Of a stretch of 64,000 nt of DNA, positions 1 through 9,090 are shown piece by piece. Numbering within the stretch: the stretch's first letter is position 1; the number at the start of each line of letters is the position of its first letter. Origin of the DNA: a phage. A program made the translations under genes and the position numbers. The stretch lies in sequence record PX246730.1; one strand, given 5' to 3'. The notes beneath the pieces were generated by a model. That model searched no databases and had not been told where the DNA came from. It was given only the letters and a program-made list of their open reading frames with translations.

Positions 1-2292
1 ATGACACCTGAAATGTTCAGCCTTCTGAGTTCTGGTGTATACACGTTTAAAGAGCGAGCAGTGATTCGTGAACTGTCATGTAACGCAGTAGATGCTCAGA
101 AAGAAGCTGGAAAAGAAAACATCCCATTCCATGTGCATTTACCTACTCGATTTGAGCCTTACTTTGAAGTCCGTGACTTTGGAACTGGTTTAACCCATGA
201 CAAAGTAATGAATTTGTATATGAACTACGGGGCTTCTACGAAGAATGACTCTAATGATTACATTGGTGCAATGGGCATCGGCTCAAAGTCACCGTTTGCA
301 ATTGCTCAGTCATTCACAGTATCTAGCTATGTTGATGGTGTTGTTAATAAGTACTCTGTTTACCTTGAGAATGGCATCCCTCAAGTAACTAAGCTTACTA
401 CTAACCAAACAAATGAACCTAATGGCTTAGCTGTACGTGTGGCTGTTGCTGACCATCGTATTTCAAAGTTCTTTGAAGAGGCTGGTAACGTATACTCATA
501 CTTTGCTGTAAAACCAGAAAGTAATATTGTATATGATGACGTGTTAGCAGATATGAACGTCATTGCTCGTGAAGAAGGTGTTTATGATGCTATGATTCAT
601 AAGCAAAGCTGGCGTTCTAGTGGCAACAGGACAGAGTTTAATGTGGTGATGGGTAATATTGCCTATCCAGTGAGCATGGAAGCATTACTTGGTGATGATT
701 TCTTCAAAGTCTTGCCAGAATTTTTCCGTAGGAGCGTAGACCTTGTAAACATTTACATGCCTATTGGTTCAGTTGCTATTGCAGCTTCTCGTGAAGCATT
801 GCAGATGAATGATACGACAAAGAATGTTATCATCGAGGCTACCAAAAAGATAACTGAAGCAATTACAAGAGATGTTATTAAGGGAGTTAATAACCAACCT
901 ACACTCATGGATGCTGCACAGGCTTATGCTGAGTTACGTTTGAACTCACGAGAGATGTTTAATGCTGTGTGTCCAAAGTTAGAGTGGGGAGGCGTTAAGC
1001 TTGATTCTCTGGAAGAAGAATTACTAAACATTCGTCGTGGAATTATCTACGCAGAAGACGGCTCAGTCATCTATGAACGTGACGGCAAAGGCAATATTAA
1101 GGTTGATAGGAACGGGAACAACATCCCTAAAGTAGATTATCTTTATAACCCAGTTGCTTATGTCAAGTTCAACTCTTTAGAGAGTAAGATTCGTGCAACA
1201 GCACTTTCCTACACTCAAGAGGCAAGTATGTTCAATATCTTTGGTGCAATGCGTAAAAGCCAAATTGAACAGTTTTTGTTCGTGATTAATGACCGTCGCA
1301 ATAAAAACGGTACTGAGAAGACTGTAGGACGCAATCAAATCTTGCGTGGTGCATGTCGAGACTACGCTAATGAGTCAAGTCTGTTCCACAGATACAATGG
1401 TATTGTGTTTGTATTCTCGACTGAAAAAGAGTTAGATGATTTAATCAATCTACACAAACTTGATAAAAGCTTGTTGAAGATTGTGAAGATGTCTGATAAG
1501 GAACACCATTATCAGCGTAAAGAAGCTGTGAGGGGTGTTGTAAAACTCTGGAAAGCTGTTCCAGCAGAAGGTGTAGCTTCCTATAAAGAGGTTTCAGAAG
1601 ACTTAGATACGATTGAAGAGCCTCAACTTTATATTAAGGCAGTAGGTGACACAGTTGATGGCGAATGTTTTTGCTCATCTCCAGAAGATGTAGCTAAGTC
1701 AGTTGCTAATGTTACAGGGAAGACAGTCTATGTTTTCCGAAAAGCAAATTGGAAAAAGATACCAGAAGACTGGATTGAAGTAGATGAGAAACTCTTGAAC
1801 GACAGCTTAACTGATGTTCATTGGATTAATCATAACAGGTATATGACACGTATCTATATGAATGGTGTCCTTGACCTTACAAGCAGTTGGATTATTGCCA
1901 GAAACTTTACGTTCAATAACAGGAAGATTTCTCGTGGCTATTGCTATTCACGAGACACAAACAAAACTATCTTCTTAGAAGGTAATGAAGATGCTGTCGA
2001 GGCAATGTTTGGTAAAATCCAATACGTTGCTGCACCGTTTGCATACACTTACACTATTAGTGTGTTGAAGACTTTGAAAGACTGTCTTGACAATGATACA
2101 AAGCTGTACAAGAAAATTAAGAAAGCTGGTGACCGTATGGCCATTAAGGTGACAAACTACCTTTCAAAAAGAAAACAAGAAAACTTCTTGCTTTCTCATT
2201 TAGATTGGAATAAAGTGTCACCCGTCGAAGTGAGTAAGTTCTTAGGATTTGATGTGAAGTGTGTCCCAGAAGGGACTACAATTTACGATTAA
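1..2292 (+). CDS. rIIA: rIIA-like protein with GHKL/HATPase-type N-terminal domain; probably 5'-truncated at window edge
   Basis: 763-aa ORF; motifs RAVIREL..NAVDA, RDFGTGL, NDYIGAMGIGSKSPF resemble the T4 rIIA N-domain (recalled from memory); followed by an rIIB-like gene. Confidence 0.8.
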   Translation: MTPEMFSLLSSGVYTFKERAVIRELSCNAVDAQKEAGKENIPFHVHLPTRFEPYFEVRDFGTGLTHDKVMNLYMNYGASTKNDSNDYIGAMGIGSKSPFAIAQSFTVSSYVDGVVNKYSVYLENGIPQVTKLTTNQTNEPNGLAVRVAVADHRISKFFEEAGNVYSYFAVKPESNIVYDDVLADMNVIAREEGVYDAMIHKQSWRSSGNRTEFNVVMGNIAYPVSMEALLGDDFFKVLPEFFRRSVDLVNIYMPIGSVAIAASREALQMNDTTKNVIIEATKKITEAITRDVIKGVNNQPTLMDAAQAYAELRLNSREMFNAVCPKLEWGGVKLDSLEEELLNIRRGIIYAEDGSVIYERDGKGNIKVDRNGNNIPKVDYLYNPVAYVKFNSLESKIRATALSYTQEASMFNIFGAMRKSQIEQFLFVINDRRNKNGTEKTVGRNQILRGACRDYANESSLFHRYNGIVFVFSTEKELDDLINLHKLDKSLLKIVKMSDKEHHYQRKEAVRGVVKLWKAVPAEGVASYKEVSEDLDTIEEPQLYIKAVGDTVDGECFCSSPEDVAKSVANVTGKTVYVFRKANWKKIPEDWIEVDEKLLNDSLTDVHWINHNRYMTRIYMNGVLDLTSSWIIARNFTFNNRKISRGYCYSRDTNKTIFLEGNEDAVEAMFGKIQYVAAPFAYTYTISVLKTLKDCLDNDTKLYKKIKKAGDRMAIKVTNYLSKRKQENFLLSHLDWNKVSPVEVSKFLGFDVKCVPEGTTIYD

Positions 2293-2371
2293 AGTGTTTG
2301 ACAAGGGGCTTTGAATCCCCTTAGAATAACCTAACAAAATGATTTATTAACTAACAAGAGAGAGTAATAAG

Positions 2372-3481
2372 ATGACTACTAAAACTAAAGCACAGATTGA
2401 CGCAGAAATTTACAAACTGGTTAAAGAGGGCAAGCTGACTAAAACAGCTATTGCACAGAAGTTCAATACTTCAACCCGTTCAGTTGGTCGTGCTGTAGAG
2501 CGTCATGAAGCAACTTTAAAAGGGAATAAGAAGGCGTCTTCTACACCAGCTACGAAGACTTTGAAGCAAGTTGCTAAGACCTTTAAAAAGAAAGCTGACA
2601 AACCAGTTGAAAAGATTGTTAAAGATGCTGTACAGAAAGCTCCAGTAAATAAACTGCACGAAGCTATGCAGAAAGATGACAAGATTGAGTACATGATTAC
2701 TGGTGACTCTGTAATTATGACTTACGGTTCAGAATCTGAAATTGTTGAGTCTACTCATCCGAACTATCAAGAGATTGTAGTTCATGTTGTGAAAGGTGAG
2801 TTTAAGAAAGCCTTTGAACTGATGAACATTCGTAAGTCTATCGAAAACTTCACTCAGGGTGCTATCACAATCAAAGGTGACAAGTTATTCTACGGTGCTG
2901 TTGAGATGCGTTCTACTCTGGTTGACCGTATTCTTCACATGATGAAGACTGGAGATAAAGGTTTCGAACGCCTTGTGATGTTCTTCGAAAAACTGATGGA
3001 AAACCCATCTAAAGATTCCGTAGAACAACTTTGGGGCTTCGTATCTCACCTTGATGTTGAAATTGATGAAGAAGGCTACATCATTGGTTGGAAGAAAGTA
3101 TCTACTCGTGAAGGCAAGCTGGTTGACTCCCACACCTACAGAGTACCTAATGATTTGGGTAACATTGTAGAAATGCCACGTTGGATGGTTGATAATAACC
3201 GTAACGTAACTTGCTCTCAAGGTCTTCATGTTGGTGCTTGGGATTATGTTCGTTGCTTCTCAGGTGATACCATCCTGAAGGTTCGTGTCCATCCACGAGA
3301 TGTTGTATCTGTACCAACTGATTACAACGATATGAAGATGCGTTCATCTCGTTATGAAGTTGCAGCAATCGTTGATAATCAGCGTAAAGTGCTGAAAGCG
3401 TGGGATGGTAAGACTGAAGCTTTGCATGTCATCGTTGGCACTGCTGGTGAACTCATCTCTCAACGTAAACGTGAAATCTAA
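2372..3481 (+). CDS. rIIB: rIIB-like protein
   Basis: 369-aa ORF directly downstream of rIIA; segment RSTLVDRIL..FFEKLMENPS resembles T4 rIIB (from memory); ATG preceded by AG-rich RBS. Confidence 0.7.
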   Translation: MTTKTKAQIDAEIYKLVKEGKLTKTAIAQKFNTSTRSVGRAVERHEATLKGNKKASSTPATKTLKQVAKTFKKKADKPVEKIVKDAVQKAPVNKLHEAMQKDDKIEYMITGDSVIMTYGSESEIVESTHPNYQEIVVHVVKGEFKKAFELMNIRKSIENFTQGAITIKGDKLFYGAVEMRSTLVDRILHMMKTGDKGFERLVMFFEKLMENPSKDSVEQLWGFVSHLDVEIDEEGYIIGWKKVSTREGKLVDSHTYRVPNDLGNIVEMPRWMVDNNRNVTCSQGLHVGAWDYVRCFSGDTILKVRVHPRDVVSVPTDYNDMKMRSSRYEVAAIVDNQRKVLKAWDGKTEALHVIVGTAGELISQRKREI

Positions 3482-3495
3482 TAAGTAATTTCTTA

Positions 3496-3522
3496 AAAGG
3501 CTGCTTCGGCGGCCTTTTTTAT
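3496..3522 (+). terminator. rho-independent terminator after rIIB
   Basis: GGCTGC-TTCG-GCGGCC hairpin followed by TTTTTT. Confidence 0.75.
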
Positions 3523-3550
3523 TTGTATTTTGTGCAGAGTGCTGTATAAT
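3523..3550 (+). promoter_or_regulatory. sigma70-like promoter (TTGTAT-N16-TATAAT)
   Basis: hexamers read directly; sits between terminator and next RBS. Confidence 0.4.
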
Positions 3551-3581
3551 TGTTGTCACGATAAACTAAACAGGAGAACCA

Positions 3582-4130
3582 ATGAAGAAATTGATTCTAG
3601 GTTTGTGCTTAATGTTTACAGCACACTTATCTTATGCAGTTGACTGCCCAGAGCTATCAATTAGCCAAAAAGTAAACATGTTAAAAGCTTACCAGTATGG
3701 TGAGAATAACATGGGTAAAGGTTGGGGTATCACTCTAGCTGCTATAGCCTTACAAGAGTCAGAGCTAGGTCTGAAGGTAGAGAATAAAAAGACACACGAT
3801 TATGGTATTTTCCAGAATCACTTGAAGACTGTTGTAAAGCGTAACAAAATCAGCCCTAATGTGGCTAAAAAGAAACTCTTAAGAGACTTTGATTATGCTG
3901 CGAAGGAAACTCACAAAGAGCTTGAGTTTTGGACAAAGGTGCATGGTCAGCCAAAGTCAAAGAAGACTTTACAAAAAGTTTTAGCATCATATAATGCTGG
4001 GTATTCGTACAGAATCCCTAAAGCTAAGAAATATTCTCAAGATGTCTATAACAACATGAAAGTCATTGCTCAATGTGAATTTGCAATAAACATTTCTAAG
4101 GTAAACCATGAAAAAATTAAAAAAGTCTGA
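3582..4130 (+). CDS. secreted lytic transglycosylase-like protein (SLT domain)
   Basis: N-terminal signal peptide MKKLILGLCLMFTAHLSYA; SLT motifs LQESELGL, GIFQNH, SYNAGYSY; RBS AGGAGA. Confidence 0.5.
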   Translation: MKKLILGLCLMFTAHLSYAVDCPELSISQKVNMLKAYQYGENNMGKGWGITLAAIALQESELGLKVENKKTHDYGIFQNHLKTVVKRNKISPNVAKKKLLRDFDYAAKETHKELEFWTKVHGQPKSKKTLQKVLASYNAGYSYRIPKAKKYSQDVYNNMKVIAQCEFAINISKVNHEKIKKV

Positions 4131-4803
4131 TGAAGTACTGTGTCATGCTTACGACTTACATCCTCATGAGTTAGGTCTTGATTCCTGTGTATGGACTCCA
4201 GAACAGTGTAGGGATTTTGAAGACACTGCAAGAGAAGTTGTATGTTCACTCGAAGAGTTCCACACATCAGAGCCAATTGTGAATGTTGTAGATAAAGAGA
4301 CTGGACAAACTATAGGTGTAAGTCGTGATAGCTTAGTCATAGTCAATAGAGACCTTGTAGAAAAAGGTAACCTCATCTTAGCAGATATTGATGGTGTTCT
4401 TACAAATTTTAATCACGAAGATTGCTCAACGGAATTGACTGATGGGTCATTCTCACAGTACACTAATCTTCTTGACTCTGTAAGAGCAAAACCAACGTAT
4501 GTCTTTAGTATTATTGATGCAATTGCTAATCATGCTGCCATTGGACTCTTGACAGCGAGAGGTGAATCTCAGAGAATACCTACTGAGATGTTTTTAAGGC
4601 ATAACACAGAGCATGACTATATGCTTTTTATGCGTGGTTTTGGGACTAACTCTATAAGTGCAGAAAGTTTGAAAGTGAGGATGATTCAGTCTTGCATTCT
4701 GCCTTACTTTAATATAGTATGTTTTATAGAAGACACAGAGAAGAATGTGCAGAAGGTGAACAGAATACTTCCACACATCAAAACCATGTTAGTTAAACAT
4801 TGA
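4108..4803 (+). CDS. HAD-like phosphatase-fold protein (hypothetical)
   Basis: 231-aa ORF; HAD motif I-like ADIDGVLTN; no P-loop. Confidence 0.4.
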   Translation: MKKLKKSDEVLCHAYDLHPHELGLDSCVWTPEQCRDFEDTAREVVCSLEEFHTSEPIVNVVDKETGQTIGVSRDSLVIVNRDLVEKGNLILADIDGVLTNFNHEDCSTELTDGSFSQYTNLLDSVRAKPTYVFSIIDAIANHAAIGLLTARGESQRIPTEMFLRHNTEHDYMLFMRGFGTNSISAESLKVRMIQSCILPYFNIVCFIEDTEKNVQKVNRILPHIKTMLVKH

Positions 4804-4813
4804 GAGAAAACTT

Positions 4814-5278
4814 ATGAACAATATCATTACGGTAGCACTGGACGTTACGGCAAACAAATCTGAAGTAGTTCGTAACATTATCAAGAGCAACTTTGAGGGT
4901 AAAATTTTCCGTGCTGTCAACGTAAAAGCAGATGGTAACATTCGAGAGTATCGCGCTCTTTTGAATGTTAAGAAACACGTAAAAGGTTCTGGCTCAACGA
5001 CAGCACACAAAGAAAACCTGATGACTATCTATGATATGGGTATGGCTTCAGAGTTAGGTGCTGAAGGTATCGTTAAAGAAGGTGCTCCGTATCGCTCTTT
5101 CAATCTGGAAACTGCTCTTATGCTTTCCTTTACAAGTGGTTCTAAAACAACTACTTATCTCTTTACTGATGCTGCAACGGTATCTGCTATCAAGGATAGT
5201 ACTGTCAAAGCTGGGGTAGCTGCTGCTGCAAAAGCTTCTTCGATGGCTGCAAATGTCCTTGCTAAAGTCCTCGGTTAA
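4814..5278 (+). CDS. hypothetical protein
   Basis: 154-aa ORF with RBS; followed by strong terminator. Confidence 0.5.
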   Translation: MNNIITVALDVTANKSEVVRNIIKSNFEGKIFRAVNVKADGNIREYRALLNVKKHVKGSGSTTAHKENLMTIYDMGMASELGAEGIVKEGAPYRSFNLETALMLSFTSGSKTTTYLFTDAATVSAIKDSTVKAGVAAAAKASSMAANVLAKVLG

Positions 5279-5288
5279 GGTTAAGATA

Positions 5289-5317
5289 CAGGCTCCTTCG
5301 GGAGCCTTTTTCATTTT
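5289..5317 (+). terminator. rho-independent terminator
   Basis: GGCTCC-TTCG-GGAGCC hairpin plus T-tract. Confidence 0.8.
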
Positions 5318-5330
5318 AGGAGATTGTTAA

Positions 5331-5678
5331 ATGACATTTAAAGAGTTCTGTCAAGCTACTTTCATAATTGTTTTCTTAGTTGGGGCAGGTGTCTGGGGAG
5401 GATACTCTTACAGAGACTATCAAGTTGCTGAAACTGAGCTAAACAATGAGAAACTCATCAGTGTTGCTAAAGATGCTTACCAGGAAGGTTTAGCCACACT
5501 GAGCACCAATTACAAAAATGATTTGAAAGATGTGCTTGCTAAGAATAAGCATACAAAAGAGGTACTAACGTATGAAAAGGCTAAGCCAGAGTTTTATAAT
5601 GTTTGTGTTACTGATAATTATGTCAGGGTGTTCAACGAACAAAGTGAGCAGTACATTCAAAAACTCCCAAGTAAGTGA
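5331..5678 (+). CDS. i-spanin-like membrane protein (N-terminal TM + coiled coil)
   Basis: TM segment FIIVFLVGAGVWGG then charged helical region; 3' end overlapped out of frame by a lipoprotein ORF. Confidence 0.45.
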   Translation: MTFKEFCQATFIIVFLVGAGVWGGYSYRDYQVAETELNNEKLISVAKDAYQEGLATLSTNYKNDLKDVLAKNKHTKEVLTYEKAKPEFYNVCVTDNYVRVFNEQSEQYIQKLPSK

Positions 5679-5841
5679 GAGTGATAAGTACACTCAAGAA
5701 GAATCACGGTATATCATCAAAGGCAACACAGGTAGTGATGTAGCAGCAGCACTTGAGTTCTACCGTGACGGATTTTACCAGTGTACAATCAAAGCTAATA
5801 ACCTTATTGACATGATTTTATTAGGGAATAAGCAGCAATGA
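5572..5841 (+). CDS. o-spanin-like lipoprotein
   Basis: lipoprotein signal with lipobox LIIMSGC; embedded/overlapping arrangement typical of Rz/Rz1. Confidence 0.45.
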   Translation: MKRLSQSFIMFVLLIIMSGCSTNKVSSTFKNSQVSESDKYTQEESRYIIKGNTGSDVAAALEFYRDGFYQCTIKANNLIDMILLGNKQQ

Positions 5842-6107
5842 CAGAGAACGAAGATACTTTCTATGTAGAAGGGTACTTACTGCTACCACGACCAAAAGAA
5901 ACTTATATGCGGGTTGATTTCTCACCAACCATTATGGATAATGTGATGTGTCATATCTTTATGCAAGGTGTCACAGCACAGCTTAAGCATGTTGGTAAAG
6001 AGTGCAAAATAAAGGTTGACACTCATCCAGAAATCAAAGAGAATCATTACACATGGTTCTTACCAGATTCTAAAGAAATCTTAGCAGTTCTTAAAACGAG
6101 GAAGTAA
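5838..6107 (+). CDS. hypothetical protein
   Basis: 89-aa ORF, start overlaps previous stop. Confidence 0.5.
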   Translation: MTENEDTFYVEGYLLLPRPKETYMRVDFSPTIMDNVMCHIFMQGVTAQLKHVGKECKIKVDTHPEIKENHYTWFLPDSKEILAVLKTRK

Positions 6108-6109
6108 CT

Positions 6110-6436
6110 ATGCAGATTAATGGAAGAGACTTTGTAGCCGTTTACTACGAGAATGATAAAGAGGTTGGTGTAGCACAAGTAACTTATGGCAATGGTAAGT
6201 GGCTATATGGAACAATCGCAGTAGTAGGAACAAGGAGTGATACAAAAACTTTTAAAGATTGTGTTGACCTTCTTGAAGAATCCATCCAGAATCATTGGTG
6301 TCTGATATGGATGACTGATAACGAAGTGATAGAACGCTTCAAAAAGATTGATATCAACATTGATAGTATTGAGCATGTTGATTTATATGAACTGACTGAG
6401 AAGGTAAATTATGAGAGTAATTCTAGCCAGAGATAA
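6110..6436 (+). CDS. hypothetical protein
   Basis: 108-aa ORF with RBS. Confidence 0.5.
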   Translation: MQINGRDFVAVYYENDKEVGVAQVTYGNGKWLYGTIAVVGTRSDTKTFKDCVDLLEESIQNHWCLIWMTDNEVIERFKKIDINIDSIEHVDLYELTEKVNYESNSSQR

Positions 6437-6638
6437 AAAGACACGGAAAATTATCCGGTCAGCAGTATTCATTGGAAGAAATAAAGTGATTCCATTTACA
6501 GCAAATGATGTGATAGCCTACAGGGAAAAATTAGCATTTAGTTATTGCTTGCGTGGCTTCATCTCACAACCATTGGAAGACTTCAAAAGTCGTTGTGGTA
6601 AAGGTATCATCATTCAAGAGGCAATTATCAATGGCTGA
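6411..6638 (+). CDS. hypothetical protein
   Basis: 75-aa ORF, tightly packed. Confidence 0.45.
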   Translation: MRVILARDKKTRKIIRSAVFIGRNKVIPFTANDVIAYREKLAFSYCLRGFISQPLEDFKSRCGKGIIIQEAIING

Positions 6639-6831
6639 CTTCTGCAAAGACTGTTCTATAGAAATGTTTGGACGTGATACAGGTGACTTAAAAGGTCTTA
6701 TCACTGAAGATGACTTTAAAGCTGGCTACGCAATGCCAGTAATCTGTGAAGGTTGTGGGTGCATCTGGGTAGACCACGAAGGACAGCGTGTAAAACCTTC
6801 AGAAGATAAAGAATCTTGGGAGAGATGTTAA
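6631..6831 (+). CDS. small Cys-rich (zinc-ribbon-like) protein
   Basis: CxxC...CxxC spacing (CKDC, CEGCGC); start moved to internal ATG with GAGG RBS. Confidence 0.4.
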   Translation: MADFCKDCSIEMFGRDTGDLKGLITEDDFKAGYAMPVICEGCGCIWVDHEGQRVKPSEDKESWERC

Positions 6832-7617
6832 ATGGGTATTGTAAAAATAATCAATGGTGATATCTTTGCCGCATTTGATAAAGGTAAGTTTGACATCATC
6901 GGTCACGGTTGCAACTGTATGAATTTAATGGGTGCAGGTATCGCTGACAAGATTTCTAAACTTTACCCAAAAGCATATGAGACTGATACAGAAGTTTATC
7001 TGTATGCAGGTGGCATAGGTCACAAACCCTGTGAAAATTTACTAGGCAATTTCTCTGTAGCACGTTTAGAACAAGGCCGTATAGCTAACCTTTACACTCA
7101 GCTTAAGACTGGTAAAGATGCCCGATACAGTGCTTTAGAGTTATCTTTGAAACAACTTAACAGATACTGTGAAGTCAATCAGTTGAAGAAAGTCGGGTTA
7201 CCTATGATTGGTGCAGGTATCGGTGGACTTGACCCTCAAGCTGTCACAGTTATCATTAATCAGGTGATGAAGAGTGTAGATGTTTATCTATATGTCTATG
7301 AAGGAGAAATGTACCACAAGTTACGCTCAGGTTGGAAGAACTACTGTGAACCAGAATACTTTGCAGGTGTAGCAGTGTTCACAGATAACGCAGTTACCCT
7401 CTTCAGACGAAGAAAAGGTAAGATACATCAAAGTAACCCTCCGGTTGAAAAGATGTCTCTAAGTAACGCTCTAGTTACCCACCTGTCGAAGAGCAATCAC
7501 AGGATTGCAGTAACATTTGGCAGTGATGCAGATGCTTATATCTATGCAAGAACTGATGAGAATATTGAGACGATTTTCTCTTCACCAGAAGTTACCTTCT
7601 TAGACGCAAAGAACTAA
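6832..7617 (+). CDS. macro-domain (ADP-ribose binding/processing) protein
   Basis: 261 aa; macro-domain motifs NGDIF, GHGCNCMNLMGAGIA, LPMIGAGIGG. Confidence 0.55.
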   Translation: MGIVKIINGDIFAAFDKGKFDIIGHGCNCMNLMGAGIADKISKLYPKAYETDTEVYLYAGGIGHKPCENLLGNFSVARLEQGRIANLYTQLKTGKDARYSALELSLKQLNRYCEVNQLKKVGLPMIGAGIGGLDPQAVTVIINQVMKSVDVYLYVYEGEMYHKLRSGWKNYCEPEYFAGVAVFTDNAVTLFRRRKGKIHQSNPPVEKMSLSNALVTHLSKSNHRIAVTFGSDADAYIYARTDENIETIFSSPEVTFLDAKN

Positions 7618-7689
7618 GAAACTCTGTAAAATATTCACAATAGGTTAAGCCTTTCTTATCTGGTAAAATTTTCAGGTAAGGAGGGCTTT

Positions 7690-7868
7690 TTCATTTCAGA
7701 ATTGTGCAGGTAGAGTTCTGTAGAGAAATCTGTAGAGAGAATTTTGAACTCCAAAGAGAAAATTCATTTTCAAACTGTGCAGGTAATCTCCAAAGAGCTT
7801 TTTCATTTTCAAAACGTGCAGAGAAAATCAGGTCGGGCAAGAAAAATCATTTTAGAATTGTGCAGGTA
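7690..7868 (+). repeat. four direct repeats of a ~23-bp motif TCATTTTCARAAYTGTGCAGGTA
   Basis: copies at ~7690, 7763, 7801, 7846, read directly. Confidence 0.7.
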
Positions 7869-7884
7869 AATTTTTATAGACAGC

Positions 7885-7924
7885 CAGCCCAACCCCTCTC
7901 CCCCTCTTACTCCCCCTCTCCCCA
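7885..7924 (-). repeat. C-rich tract (CCCCTCTCCCCCTCTTACTCCCCCTCTCCCC); G-quadruplex-prone on the minus strand
   Basis: four or more G-runs of >=4 on the complement within 40 nt. Confidence 0.6.
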
Positions 7925-8044
7925 AAAGTCAAGAGAAAAATTTGTAGCGGATTGAAAAATAATTCTTGATTTGCGTTCTGTTTTGTGGTAGTCGTGCGCA
8001 CCCGTTTCATTACAGTTTTGCCAAAAATATTTTTAAAATTTTTA

Positions 8045-8104
8045 TTGACTCTTTGAACGTGGTTATCTAATATTTACATCAACGGGGAGGGAATGACCTT
8101 CCCC
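8045..8104 (+). promoter_or_regulatory. early promoter (TTGACT-N17-TAATAT) + 5' stem-loop A + conserved RBS leader
   Basis: hexamers; hairpin GGGGAGGGAATGACCTTCCCC; leader CCTAAACTGGAGATTCAAAAATG. Confidence 0.6.
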
Positions 8105-8136
8105 ACTAAATAAAATCCTAAACTGGAGATTCAAAA

Positions 8137-8325
8137 ATGGCATCAAGAAAAATTAAAGTTGGCGATGAGGTTAACATTAAGCACGAACACTCTTACAAAA
8201 TGCTAACTATACGCTCTTATAAGGTTTATCAGGTGGAAGCTATCCACAAAGATAATACTTTTTCCTTAAAAGGGTATAGCGAACGTTTCCCTGCTGAACT
8301 CTTTGAGAAATGGAGCGCGAAATAA
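8137..8325 (+). CDS. small protein, KIKxGDxV paralog family
   Basis: 62 aa; conserved leader/RBS; motif KIKVGDEV shared with ORFs at 10680 and 13068. Confidence 0.55.
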   Translation: MASRKIKVGDEVNIKHEHSYKMLTIRSYKVYQVEAIHKDNTFSLKGYSERFPAELFEKWSAK

Positions 8326-8531
8326 TGCTTTACAGTCGTGAATTGATGGTTACAACTAACGTTAACACAAAGGTAAAACGTTTTTACATGCAAATTTGTG
8401 ACGTATGGTCTAGAATATCAGAAGCTGACTATTGCAACTATGTAGAAACAGCTATAAACTCTAATTGCTACCTTACAAGAAATACTAAGAATTTTACAAG
8501 GCAAACAGCGATTTACTGTTACGATAAATAA
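8325..8531 (+). CDS. hypothetical small protein
   Basis: start ATG overlaps upstream stop (TAATG). Confidence 0.4.
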   Translation: MLYSRELMVTTNVNTKVKRFYMQICDVWSRISEADYCNYVETAINSNCYLTRNTKNFTRQTAIYCYDK

Positions 8532-8544
8532 AAGTACTTTACAT

Positions 8545-8573
8545 GGGGCTTATAGTTCGATAAAGTAAGCCCC
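8545..8573 (+). repeat. intergenic hairpin B (GGGGCTTA-13nt-TAAGCCCC), copy 1
   Basis: perfect 8-bp stem; same sequence found 5 times. Confidence 0.7.
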
Positions 8574-8620
8574 AGATAAAGAGCTTTACCAAATTAAACC
8601 TTAAACTAGGAGATTCAAAA

Positions 8621-9001
8621 ATGGCTTATCGTGCACCGAAATTCATCAACAAAGACAACTTCCGCAACGCACTGGAGAAGTCACTTGATGAAAAATTTAA
8701 CGGCAAATTGATTGTTGTTCACGCATTCAATTTTAAGTATGATGTAAACGGGAATAGAATCAACCATTACACGGCAACCATGTTAGATGGTACACTTTCA
8801 AGTGAAAAAGCCGTACTAAATGCACTGGCAGGACGTGGAAAGGTATTAGTAAGATGTGATAAGAGACGTTATCAGGGCGGCGCATATGGTTATGATGATG
8901 CTGTTTACCATCTTGAAAATATGGGCTATCAAGTAGAAAAAGCTGGAGCATCACAAATCATCGGCAGCGATGGTTATGTAACTATCTTCAAAATTAACTG
9001 A
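8621..9001 (+). CDS. hypothetical protein
   Basis: 126 aa; conserved leader ACTAGGAGATTCAAAAATG. Confidence 0.55.
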   Translation: MAYRAPKFINKDNFRNALEKSLDEKFNGKLIVVHAFNFKYDVNGNRINHYTATMLDGTLSSEKAVLNALAGRGKVLVRCDKRRYQGGAYGYDDAVYHLENMGYQVEKAGASQIIGSDGYVTIFKIN

Positions 9002-9016
9002 TAAAGTACTTTACAG

Positions 9017-9045
9017 GGGGCTTATAGTTCGATAAAGTAAGCCCC
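9017..9045 (+). repeat. intergenic hairpin B, copy 2
   Basis: identical stem-loop. Confidence 0.7.
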
Positions 9046-9090
9046 AGATAAAGAACTTTACCACTAAATCCTAAATTGGAGGACTTAAAA

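Noticed and set aside
381-563. 60-aa minus-strand ORF inside rIIA
   Set aside because: Antisense to a well-supported gene, no RBS context; likely chance ORF.
2503-3559. Four short minus-strand ORFs antisense to rIIB
   Set aside because: Fully nested antisense within a conserved gene; low-complexity translations.
7704-7955. 83-aa plus-strand ORF
   Set aside because: Lies within the direct-repeat array and the C-rich tract (its translation PSPLSPSYSPSPQ simply reflects the CCCCTC repeats); no RBS; regulatory DNA preferred.
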